Notes: generated from the sequence alone by a model not told the origin. A stretch of DNA of 56,951 nt, filler included, from Sluysia triapertura (GCA_046118255.1; 4 parts of 4 records of this genome joined end to end with filler, not necessarily neighbours in it); one strand, 5' to 3'. Positions 25,954 to 37,481 are shown, counted from the whole stretch's first letter. Numbers and translations are program-made.

Positions 25954-26869
25954 GTAAGTTTTATTAAAATTTTCAAGCATAATTTTTTCTTATGGAGATA
26001 ATGTGTTACATTAATATTTAATTTTATTGTTGATTTGTTTTAAAGTAAATTGTTTCTTTCTATGAAGAAGTAAATAGATTTGAATTTTATTTTAATTGAT
26101 ATTGTGGGGTAGTAAAATATAACGTCTTTTAACTAAATAATGTCTACGAACTGCGATTCAACTTGCGAACAAAATTGTGTGAGTGATACAATTTTACTTA
26201 TTTGTATACTGAATTTTATTGTCTTTTTCATTCTGTCTCATTGTAACTCTGGTTATATTATTTGCCATACGATCCAATTACATATTCGCTATATTAGCAC
26301 GTCATGTTAGCCTTGTTTTGTATTATGAGTGTTCACTAAGAACCGTAACACTATTGTCTATACTTTATTTGCTAGTTTTCTACATTCCTCAAACGACCCA
26401 ATCATATTACATTGCAGTTCATTAAACCAATGATGTGATAACGATGTATGTGGTAACTTGAGCCAATACAATATCTTTATCACGATATCCTACATTTTCA
26501 ATTGTTCTTCTCAAAGTCATTGCTGCATCATTATTTCGAACTGATTTTTAATTTTGATTTTGGATATCTTTAGTAATACTTTTTCTTTGTTTTATTTTCA
26601 TTTAATAAGGTTAAATAACTAACAATTGATAATGATTAATAAATACTCTTTACCAAATGAATGTGTCGTACGAATTCTGCAATTTACCAAAATTAATACT
26701 ACCTCTGTTGAAAATGATATATGATGATAATAAGTCATTTGTTTATGAACAATAGAGAATCAAAATAATTTTTGGAAAGTAATTGTTGAGTTTATAATTT
26801 ATAAATAACTAGCAATTTCTGAAATTTGTAATTTTTGGCTGCCTACCAACAGTGCTATTTTCTTTTCAG

Positions 26870-26995
26870 AGAAATCAAACACGTTCTGGAGTAAAGTACA
26901 GAAATTTAAGTGACGAGGAGAGAAATGCCATCCTGCAAACACTTCTGATGCGATCTAACAATAGGAAATTGCCAAACGGAGCAATTAAAATGCAC
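26870..26995 (+). mobile_element. Fragment resembling a DD39D mariner transposase N-terminus
   Basis: NLSDEERNAILQTLLMRSNNRKLPNGAIK resembles the L(S/T)D.ER..I...LL..S.NGKL..G motif of plant/oomycete DD39D mariners. It also follows an AG, so it could be an exon. Confidence 0.45.
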
Positions 26996-27076
26996 TTTTG
27001 AAGCAATTGAAACTGCTCGCAATGTATTACGAGATATGTAATAATATAATTTGTAATAAAATATTTTCATAAATAA

Positions 27077-27176
27077 NNNNNNNNNNNNNNNNNNNNNNNN
27101 NNNNNNNNNNNNNNNNNNNNTTAATTAATTAANNNNNNNNNNNNNNNNNNNNNNNNNNNNNNNNNNNNNNNNNNNN
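27077..27176. other. Artificial contig spacer
   Basis: N44-TTAATTAATTAA-N44. Confidence 0.98.
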
Positions 27177-27264
27177 GATCTGTTAGGCTGTTTAAAGCTA
27201 CTTTTAACCCACTGATGTAGAACATAGTTTCTGTGGGACCCATCGTCCCATTGATAGTCAAAGG

Positions 27265-27740
27265 GCTAAGTTTGGGGAAAGTTTAAAGACGTGTGTGTAA
27301 CCTTCAAGATGAGATAAAGATATTTTTAATGCTAAAAGAAAATGAAGCTTTTCCTGAATTATTGAATCCAAGTTGTGATTTAGCATTTTCTTTGAATTAG
27401 TTGTTCATGACTTAATCTAAAAATCTCTTTGAAATTTGATCATTTTTCACCGTGAAACAATTCGTGAAAATATCTTTGCATGAATAACATAATTCGAGCA
27501 GAGATTTGACTGCTTCAAAAAGAATTGATAAAACTTTATCCATTGTCCGAAATAATTTTTCAGACGTTCTTGTTGACACACAATTAGAAATACTTAATTT
27601 ACAGTGTGATGAAATATTACATGATAATTATCGAGAAAAGCAGGAAGATTCTTTAATGAATCTAAATAAATGTACAGCACGATCAAGATTGAATGATTCT
27701 CATTTGGAGGCTGTGTTAATAATATCCAGTCAAGTATAGA
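27265..27740 (+). mobile_element. hAT (SPIN/Charlie/GTF2IRD2-type) transposase remnant
   Basis: LSLGKV*RR..NLQDEIKIFL, CDLAF, QLEILNLQCD, SLMNLNKCTARSRLNDSHLEAVL (hATC dimerisation region). Confidence 0.85.
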
Positions 27741-29089
27741 TTTCAAAAAATAAGCATTATAATTATTCTAATTGGATGTTTTGATTACTTATAATTATTT
27801 GGAGATAGGTTTATAATATTCAATGGTCTCAACATCTCACATATTGTTTCATTTTTTTCTTCATTTTCCAAATAGAGTTTAGTTAATGAGTTTGATTATT
27901 GAGTTAAGGAAAGAATTTTATTTATAATTTTGATAATTTTTCTAAAGTTTAATATTAATTTATTTTATTATTAATTTCGTATTATTGAATAATAACTTTT
28001 AGAATTTTTTCGGTTTCCGTTTTAAGAAAAATATTTATTCAATTCTAATTGTTTTCTAATTATAAAGACAGCTTCTATTTGTTTATACATTGTTTTCAGT
28101 TGTCTGAGCACACCTTTCACCTATCCATATTTATTTGTTTTATTATAATAATTAATAATATTAATAATAATAATTCAGAATTATATTTTTATTTACTTTA
28201 TTGTAATAGTATAGTTACAACCAAAAACTAGAACCAAAATAATGTTATGATTTTCATTCTGGATAAATCTTCGTTGATATGAAACAGAAAATGATTTTCT
28301 AAATATTGACATTCACAAATCAAAATAAAACTTCGCGGAAAAGTAATTTTATCATTAAATAAATGACTAATATGTTTTGTTTATTTTTGTTATTTTAGGC
28401 CCAAATTTAAATTTAATATTTAAAGTTTACGTTTTATTTATAATTAGAAATACCTGTAATTATTTATTATTTATTCATTTTTATATTTAAATTTATTTCT
28501 AATACAATTATTATCTAAATTAAATTATTATTTATCGAAAATAAAAACAACCATTATTATTACTATTATTATTTCCAATTGATGCAAATAGTCTGTCTAA
28601 TAAATTCAATTAATTGATATCATGTAATCGAGTTACAGAAAACTGTACGTAATGAAGAAAAATTCAATCTAAAGAGCTTAACAGTCTTAGAAATATCTGC
28701 AGCTTCAAAAATAAAGCTTAAAAATGTGAATCATTCTAAAAAAAATGCACTTAATTTAAATAGAAAACATAAAAGTAGCAAATGAATGAATTTACGAATT
28801 AATCGGAAGAACAATAGAACAAATATAAACCAATCTAAATAGAATAAAATAAATGATTCTTATGAATATCATTAGTAAAATGATAATAAAAATAATATCA
28901 ATAAATATTTGTATTAATATTATGAGGATTTTAATGTTAAAATTACTTCTTAACCTCAGAAAATGAAAACTTAATGAGTTCATTTATAGTAAGCTACTTA
29001 TAACCATAAATATTGGAACCTCAGGATCATGGTTCGCTTCTTTGCCACTTTGTAACTAAATCTGAGAGTAAAATAATCATAGTTGAATA

Positions 29090-30075
29090 AACTATATAAG
29101 TATAGGACAAACACAATTTATATTATAACAAATTAATAATAATATTTAATAAATACAACACGAATAAACTATTACTTATTTATAGTTTCCAATTTTAGTA
29201 CACTTTTAATTACTATATTGTATTCAGTTAAATAAATTTCGTTTCAAAAGTATAGGGCACATAACGCAAACGTTTTATTTAAGAGACTATACAACGTATT
29301 GTACAAAATTAGTATTTTATTGATGTTCCCGAGTTTTCCATTACCTTTACACACCCTTTTGCATCGAATTAATATATTTAACTTTTTATTTCAATCTTTG
29401 CCCAAGCGTCCAATATTGTATTTTTTAAATCATATATATTGTTATACTGTTTTCATTGACTGTACATCTTAAATGATAATTGAGACCATAAGTTTTCTGT
29501 TGTATTGAAGTCAGAGGATCTTGCTGACAACTCTAAACTTTTAATCCGTCTTCACTGAACTTATTAAGTTTAGTTTTAGATCGATGACATTGATATTTTC
29601 TGTAAGTTTGACATACGGAATTACTACTTATCACCATAGTAGTAGTAGTACATATAGTAGTTATCATAGTACTTATCACCATTAAGAGTAAAGCCAGCTT
29701 TTTATTATAAATTATGGTAGCCCATACCATAATTGATTCTCTTAGAACAAATTCTCTTAGAAAATATTTCTTTTGAATCCTTTAGATGTCGCCAATAAAC
29801 ATCATGACCTATTTCTTCTCATCTGAGAATCTTACTTTGTCCAGTCATTGTATCAAAGTTAATTATTTCTATTTTTTGAGCATCAGTAAGTGGAAGTTTA
29901 GCAAGCATTTTAATGAATTCGATCTCACCACTATTTTTTAATATTCTTCATACTGTTGTTTTACTGCAGTTTAGTTCTAAATCCGACATTATGCGAGTTG
30001 TAGACAATGTTGTATTTTTCGCCCTCTTTTTCTACCGATTAGAAAGCGTCTTAGGACAGCCAATTTGTTTAACTA
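29090..30075 (-). mobile_element. Second degenerate Tc3-like copy
   Basis: Reverse complement aligns with 2770-3660 (e.g. ACTCGCATAATGTCGGATTTAGA, GTTTCAAAAGTATAGG) and retains extra 5' coding sequence (GCPKTLS, GRP-like). Confidence 0.88.
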
Positions 30076-30094
30076 AATGAAATATAGAACAGTT

Positions 30095-30640
30095 TATCTG
30101 TCAAAGTTAAATCTTATTCACAATCTTATAACATACACTTCACATTTACATCCAATACCACCAATTTACATCAACAAATCCATCAAAGACACGTAACTTG
30201 ACATTCACAACAATCAAATAATAGCCACATTTGAAATTATCCACTTTACACCTTCGAATCAATCATAACACCTTAATTTCAGCATTTATCATTACATAAT
30301 CATCAACAACACAAAATACAATACCACTTAAAAACAACAATAAAACAAATAACCTTTCAAATATACCAAGAGTTGTATTATAAATTACCTTTTCACATTT
30401 ATTAAACCACACTCTTCTCAATAGGTCTTTTATTCACGATTTTCCAATACTCAAATATCGCTCTCAATCAAGAACTTAAATCATCATCTAAAAATCCATT
30501 CTTGCATTCTCCATTTCACTAGACGACATAAAACTACTATCATACCTTGAAACGTTAATCACATATATAAATTCATTTAAACTAATCTTTATTCAGATAT
30601 TTTAGCTTCAAACATATTTAAATTTATTGCAATATGTTCA
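30095..30640 (+). repeat. G-depleted C/A-rich cassette leader (left arm)
   Basis: Only 7 G in 30121-30360 by hand count; starts with TGTCAAAGTTAAATCTTA, similar to the boundary TGTCAACATATAACCTTA of the right arm (reverse complement near 35390-35407). Confidence 0.7.
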
Positions 30641-30935
30641 GAAATCATTAGGAGCTAAAGCAAGTCCATGTCAGTTTTTAAAGAATACAAGAAGTTTATG
30701 CAGTGTAATAACAACAATAACTACAAAATTGCTCAGCGTGTTATTACATTCAATATTATCAAATTTTATTTCATTTTTAATTTAAAATGTCTAGAAATCA
30801 AAGAAAGAGACAGAAAGATCATGTGGGTTTCAACAAGACTTTATGCATTTTTAAATATTTTGTACTAAAGTAATATTAATATTAATAATAATAACATTAT
30901 TGTGATTATTATTGATATAAAATATATATATCTAT

Positions 30936-31096
30936 CACTATCAGTAGCTAATTCCTGTCAATACATTTTAATTAACGTTACTACTGATAGTGGTTAGTTC
31001 ATTAATTTGCATCATAAATAGTTTACTATTATTGGCCATCCACCCAGAATAAAATTCATTATTTTTCAGACAAACAATTCTGGTTGGATGACCAAT
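30936..31096 (+). promoter_or_regulatory. Hairpin plus inverted-repeat CCAAT promoter-like block
   Basis: Perfect 12-bp stem CACTATCAGTAG/CTACTGATAGTG (30936-30992), then ATTGGCCATCCACCCAGAAT...ATTCTGGTTGGATGACCAAT (31031-31096), about 105 nt before ATG 31201. Confidence 0.65.
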
Positions 31097-31200
31097 CACC
31101 GGTCATCATCTGCAAAAATTAATTAAAAATAAAAATTACTATTTTATGAGACATAAACAAAAAACTGAACTTTAATATCTTCATTTTAATTCCTGTTGAT

Positions 31201-32751
31201 ATGTCCGATTTGCGACTTGCGAAACATTCAATATCTGTTAGTAAAATTGATTTCAAAAGTGGTAATGTGACAATTATAATTGGTATATCTAATTTATCCA
31301 GTCTACTGGAAATCAGCCAGTATTTTAGTGATACTTCATTTATCGAATCTTACAATGAAACATTCTGGTTTAATGGTTTAAATAGCGTATGCACCGTCGT
31401 AAAACCATTTACTGCTGCTAATATTTTATTAGAAGATCAATGTTTGGAAGACTATAAATCAATATCAATATCGAATTTCCATATGAGTAAAAGCCATAAT
31501 GATTTATCCATTAGAAATCATAATGGAATTCAGAAGTTAAGATTAAAGTTCAATGTAGAACAGATTAAGTTGATTATATTAACTATTTCAATTTCAAATG
31601 ATATATGGCGATTACACTTTCCTGAATGTATAGTTTATAATATGAAATCAAATTGTATACAAGAACAAATTGTTAATTTAGACTTTGACAATCAAATTGA
31701 ATGCGAAAACTTGGTTGAATTAATTTTAAGTACTATTAAAAATGTGTATTCTGGTAAAATTTATGTCATTATATCTTCAGTTATTACCAATAACAAATAT
31801 AAAGTATTATTTTTGTGCCTTATTATATTTGTAATGCTATAAAGTTTACAAATATATTAATCCTAATTTAATATCTATTTTGGGCGTATATTCGTTCATG
31901 TATTCTGATAATGAATCAGTTGATTCACTTGATAATTACGATTTTATTTTGATGTTGTCTTCTATTTCTAATCGAGACGCCATAGCAAAATTGAAAATAA
32001 ATTTTAGTATAATTATAGATAATGGATTTCATTCTGCGTTGATTCAAAATTCAGAATGTCACAATTATATGATTACAATAGAACCTATTTCTCTACGTGA
32101 ATATCGATCCAATACCACGAATTTACATTTGTACCCATTATGTTACATTAGGAAGTTAATGTATAATTTAGTTGAATTATCTAGTAAATGTATTTCAGTT
32201 AAAGATAATGAAGAAGGTTTTCTATTTGTTCAGTTAGCTTTACATCAAAGGGCTGAAGTTTTTAAACCGTCTTATAATCCTGAATCACTTTTTCATGCTC
32301 GAATTAATTTAGTTTGTCCAGAAATATTTCAGACTCGAAAACAAAAACTAAAGATTATCAGATTATTTCAAAGTAGTGATGATTTTTGGAGCTATGAACT
32401 TTCAGGTTTCGGTAATGAACTTTTAAAAATGAGTTGTTTTGATTGTGTAAAAGCTAATTCATTAACCAGAGCTTTAAATGCAGTATGTGTAACACCAGTA
32501 TATACGCCTACGGTCCTGCTTCAAAAACGTATGGAGTTATTCACAAGCTTGTGCAACATTTAAAAAGACTCTCTTCTATATATTCAGCAAACAACGGTCT
32601 TGAAATTTTATTAGAATTGTATTGTTGGTATGCTCAGAATTATCACAATAAACCAAGTGATATCAAGCGAGAATACAAGATTAATATTAAAACTTTGCGT
32701 TCATCTCTTAAATTACGAAAGACATATGAAAAGTATTTAATTGAGAAATAA
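31201..32751 (+). pseudogene. Unknown ~500-aa protein split into three frames (possible MATH-like N-part and Mab-21-like C-part)
   Basis: Consecutive ORFs 31201-31842, 31880-32563 and 32485-32751; paralog at 18629-19735. Domain suggestions are motif-level guesses. Confidence 0.65.
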
Positions 32752-33341
32752 ATTGGATTGAATGGCGGTAACCGAGAATCTAAAAACATGACCCTTTTGA
32801 AGTGAAGCAGAATGAGGTACGTGGGGATACAGCAACAAAATTAATAGTTTATATATTAACGTCAAATAAAAGTTTTGTATTCATTTATACGTTTTTTATT
32901 TATTTATATAATTTGTTTACAAATAAATTATGTAGTAGTTCTAAATGCTTTATCTTCGCTGAATACAATATTGATAATATTAGTAAAGATTATATGAAAT
33001 TTATATTTAAACTTGAAAGATTTTTTTATCAATTAAGACTAAATTCAATAATTTATTCACAAATATATTTAAATTCTCTCAAGACTAATTTTATAAATTC
33101 AAACTCAACTTTATAAAATTTAACCATAACCCCACCAAACTTGACCTAAGAAGATTTGCTGCTGCAGCCTCAGTTTTTATTCTTTTTTCTGCCTTTGTGA
33201 TCCATCCTTTATTTTGTGTTTGTCTGTACTGTAAATGTGTGTGATGAATTTTTCATTTATGTAATCGACTTATATCATTTTTATCTTGTTGTATTCCCTT
33301 CTTCCTCCCACAACTTTCTGTCTCTCAAATTCGCTTATTTA

Positions 33342-34330
33342 TCATTGAATTCTTGTCAGTCGGATTGGTCGAATAATTCCAATACTCTTGAGTAATTCTG
33401 CAATTCTGTATATATGATTACTATAATTTGCTTCATCTTTATTAAACTTTAATTCGTAAATAGAATGTGCGTAGTGGCAGCATATTCCGTGAATTAGACA
33501 TATCTCATTGTTATCGATACAGAATAGACAAAGAGCAGTCACATTAACATTTTTATAATTTTTGAATTCGTAATGCTTATCTTTATCATCGTTAAGTTTG
33601 AAATCATTAATTTTATAATCAAGTAAATAAAGATTATTATTATCGTCATTAATTCGTAAACATTAATTTTGTAATCATTAAGTTCGTAAATATTGTTATT
33701 ATCGTCGATAAACTCATAAAGATTAATTTTATAATCACTAAGTTCGTGAATATTAATATTATCGTTGATAAACTCGTAAACATTAATTTTATAATCATTA
33801 AGTTCATAATAATTATCTTTGTGATTGTGAATTTGGTAAGCATGGTCTTTATCATTGTTAATTTCATGATCATGATCTTTACCCTTGTTAGCTTGAATAC
33901 CATCATCTCCGTCATTATTAACTTTGCCATCATCAGGTTTGCCATTATTAGCTTGATAAACTTCATTCCTCCATTGCCAATTTTGTTATCATCATCTTTG
34001 TCATTGCTATCTTGATAATCATTATCTTTATTATTTTTAATTTCATCATCATCATCATCATCATCATCTTCATCATTATTAGTTTGATAATCTTCATCTT
34101 TAACATTGTTAACTTCGTTATCATAATCTTCATCATTGTTACATTGAATACCATCGTCATTATCATTGTTAATTTCTGTATCATCATCTTCATCATTGTT
34201 AGCTTGATAATCTTTATCTTTAACATGATTAACTTCTTTATCGTCATCTTCATCGTTGTTAACTTTGAGATAATCGTGTTTACAATAGTTAGATTTAACA
34301 GAAAATATGCTTTATTTTTCTTGGATTTAC
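33342..34330 (-). pseudogene. Acidic 10-aa-repeat protein with Unkempt-type CCCH zinc finger (frameshifted)
   Basis: The minus strand reads NNDEDDDKEVNHVKDKDYQANNDEDDDTEI... (30-nt tandem units), then VTALCLFCIDNNEICLIHGICCHYAHSIYEL = C-x9-C-x6-C-x3-H. Frameshifts near 33965 and 33650; no clear start codon. Confidence 0.7.
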
Positions 34331-34481
34331 CACCTCAATTAGTTATAAAAGTACAAAAATCTTTTTTAAAATAAAATACATAATTTTTAATTACTGCAAA
34401 ATTGTGTTATTAAACAAAGTTCGTTTAAGAAACGATCCAAATTTTTAATTACGTCACATTTTTGTGATCAAGCCACTACTG

Positions 34482-34651
34482 ATTGGTCATCCAACCAGAA
34501 GCAGTGATACTTGCTCTGGTTGGATGGCCAATAGGATCACATAATTATTATCATTAATAATTACCGAAGATAAAATCAACTATGATGACAACCATCATCA
34601 ACAGTGACATTGAATTGCAAATGTAAACCAAAATGTCATTGCCGATGGTGG
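34482..34651 (-). promoter_or_regulatory. Inverted-repeat CCAAT block plus hairpin (right arm)
   Basis: ATTGGTCATCCAACCAGA...TCTGGTTGGATGGCCAAT (34482-34532), nearly identical to 31031-31096; hairpin 34592-34651 is homologous to 6968-7026. Confidence 0.7.
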
Positions 34652-34779
34652 CAGCTACTCAGTTGATTATCCACATCATTAATAATGAATAATAATGAAA
34701 ATAATAATAATAATACAATGTTATTATTATTCTTTTGAATCTTAATAATATTTAACATATTTAAATCTACTAAAAAATT

Positions 34780-35430
34780 TAATGTCTTTGATGATGTGTG
34801 AAGGTTAGATGTTATTTAGATGTTAATATATCGTAGGTTAAAAGTATGTTGAAAGAGAGTGATTTCGAGAATGAAAAGAAGATAAGTTATAGTGTAGGTT
34901 TTAGTATGTTTGCAAGAATGATTATAGAATGTTGAAAATGTGATTTATTTTCTTGATGTTTATGTAGTGATGTCTTTATGTGCTGTAGAGAATTAAATGA
35001 TGCAGATTATGAATTTAGAATATTTGGATTGCTTTGAAGATGTTTGTTGGTTAATATCGAATGTGATTGTGTTTGAATTGTTAAGAAATGAAAAATAAAA
35101 TATTTTGAATGAATGTTTTAATGTAATTTAATGGTTTTGAATGTAATTGTGGTTTGGATGTTATGAGATTGTGGGTTTAATTGATTTTAACGGATGAAGA
35201 TGTTTAGTGGATGTAAAAGAGATAAATATTGGAATATTAAAATGTTTATAAATATGGTTTCACATACAATGTGTTGCTTAATTTATTATTGTTTTATGTT
35301 GATTTTAGAATGTAAAAGTCAGGTTTTGAAGGTGTGTGTTATGTTGAGTATTTTGGGAAACGTGGGATGTGAATTTTAATAAAATTCATTAAGGTTATAT
35401 GTTGACAACCACAATATAGATAAATGATTC
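34780..35430 (-). repeat. C-depleted G/T-rich tract = cassette leader on the minus strand
   Basis: 2 C in 35041-35220 by hand count; reverse-complement homolog of 6170-6835. Confidence 0.8.
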
Positions 35431-35727
35431 GATTTAGTCTTTAAATACTGATATTGATGATATCCTAAAATTATGACGATCGAACTAAAGACAATTTTTA
35501 TTTATTATATTAGACCACGTTATTCAATTGCCGCAAACTCAACTTGAAAAATTCAACAAAATAAATGTGAACTCAATTTAAAAACCCAAAATTAAAATGG
35601 TGTCTCATAACTATGAAATAATTGCTATTTATATCCATTAATATCGATTATTTTATGATCTAAAATCCATTAATGTTCATTAATATATGGTTGATCGATT
35701 AAAATGCTTTAAAATTATTTATAAATC

Positions 35728-36930
35728 TGTAAAGGTGTAAAACATTTTATTTTTGTTTTATATTTTATGTATATTTAAAAAATTTTCAAAACTTGCAAAG
35801 TATTATAAAAATTATTAAAAAATTACAAAAAATTATTATTATTTTTTTCTTTAAAAAATTATAAAAATTATAAATAAAATTACCAAAAAAGAATATTCGA
35901 GAAGAAGGAGTTGTTTAATGAATTAATTTTAATATACTTGAATTTATACGTACAAAAACTATATAAAGACAAACAAAGAATAACAGACGACCGTTTTGAC
36001 AATTCGAACTACAAGTGCAATCGCCATTTTATTATCTGTTAATTTGACTCATCGTTTCGGTTTCTTTTTGGCGATCAAAGGCATTAGCGATTCAATTCAA
36101 TTATAAAGCAGAATTATATCTCGAGGATTCGATTAGAGAGATCTCAGCTCCAAATTCTCTTCAATCCGATCAATTAAGTAAACAAAAGACATTCCTTCGA
36201 CTTCGAATATTCGCTCATCATTTATTAAATTATTGATTAAATAGTGAGTTTACTTTAAATAAAGTGAAAACTCCCTAGAGTTAAAATCTCCATGTAAAAT
36301 ACCTAATTTTCAGTTGGCCATTAAGATCAATTACAAAAGCACCTTAAAATATAAAATCATCGTCTTTTAGTTGGCCCTTAAGGTCAATTATAAAATCATT
36401 ATTAACGGGTAGAGTCTTCGGGCTAGACCTCTTATTATAAATAATTTAATATTGTTATTATAATTATTATTATTTGATTAACATTGTTTATATTATTATT
36501 TTTCATAAGCTTATAATTGTTTTAATATTAATTTCGTCATACATACCTTTTGTTATATAATAAACTTTTAAGTTTTAGTTCATTAGAATAGTGATTCCTA
36601 GTAAATAATTGTAATTTAAGGATAATAAAGAAATACTTTTTACACTAATATTTTCAGCATTATTCTTATATAAACTTAAAAACAGACGTCCGCATTGGTC
36701 GTTGTTAGCGTTATATTTTATAAGTTATTTGGTTATCTGTCGACGTAACTGACGATTTTGTTAAATTAAAGAGTATTTTTTATACTGCTAATCTTTAGGA
36801 TTGTTCTCACGTAATTTTACAGGTACGCCATTAGTAAGTCGTATACTGTAAACGGATTCTGAATAATAATAATTTATTTTGCTGATAGTTAAGTCTTTTG
36901 TTAAGAAAAACACCAGCAATATTATATTTA
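35728..36930 (+). mobile_element. Solo LTR-like repeat, copy A
   Basis: Starts TGTAAAGG; TATATAAAGACAAACAAAGAA, AGTTGGCCCTTAAGGTCAATT, GGGTAGAGTC..GGCTAGACC and TTTACAGGTACGCCATTAGTAAGTCGTATACTGTAAA are all shared with 50560-51904. Confidence 0.65.
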
Positions 36931-36984
36931 ACTGAAGAATATATTATTATTATTAAATCATTCAGTGAAAGTTTAATTAATGAG

Positions 36985-37060
36985 TAGGGCTGTTCCTGGT
37001 GCACAGGTAAAATTTTTAAAGGTGACCGGTGCAGGGAAATCCTTCAAAGTCACAGCCCTA
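36985..37060. mobile_element. Miniature hAT-type MITE (76 bp)
   Basis: TAGGGCTG...CAGCCCTA termini; no clean 8-bp TSD. Confidence 0.5.
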
Positions 37061-37481
37061 ATATTAAGTTATTGGATTTTACAAATGAATTGTCATTCAA
37101 GTGGTTTTAATTTATGACGCTCATTGGATTAAAATTAGTCAATTTTATTTAAAATTTACCTTAAAAATACAATTGTTTTGAAGCTTAATGCATTTAATAT
37201 TATTAAATTTCTATTATACGCAGACAAAACATAACATCATTAACACTCTTTGTTGTGATAAACTATAATACAAATTTTGTCAATGAAGTAAACTTATATG
37301 ATACTTAATTCAAAATATGGACGTTTTGAGCGTACAATTCTAATATAATTTATCAATGTTCATAGCAGTAAAATAAATGGATAACGTTTTAAAATATACA
37401 AAAAAATTTAGAATTATTTGAGTTAATAAGTTATTCGAATATTATTATCACTATTATTATTCACACAGTATTTTGACTTAC

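Noticed and set aside
33600-34265. CRISPR-like periodic array
   Set aside because: Degenerate coding minisatellite with no constant repeat/unique spacer structure; eukaryotic context and no cas genes.
30095-35430. Endogenous densovirus or parvovirus
   Set aside because: Layout is similar, but no HUH, SF3 Walker or PLA2/capsid motifs are seen; kept only as an analogy.
36829-36838. Rolling-circle origin nonanucleotide in the hairpin loop
   Set aside because: The loop ATTAGTAA does not match NANTATTAC, and no Rep gene is nearby.
36878-36920. Hammerhead ribozyme / Penelope pLTR (CTGATAG...GAAA)
   Set aside because: The CTGANGA core and stems are not satisfied and are not conserved in copy B.
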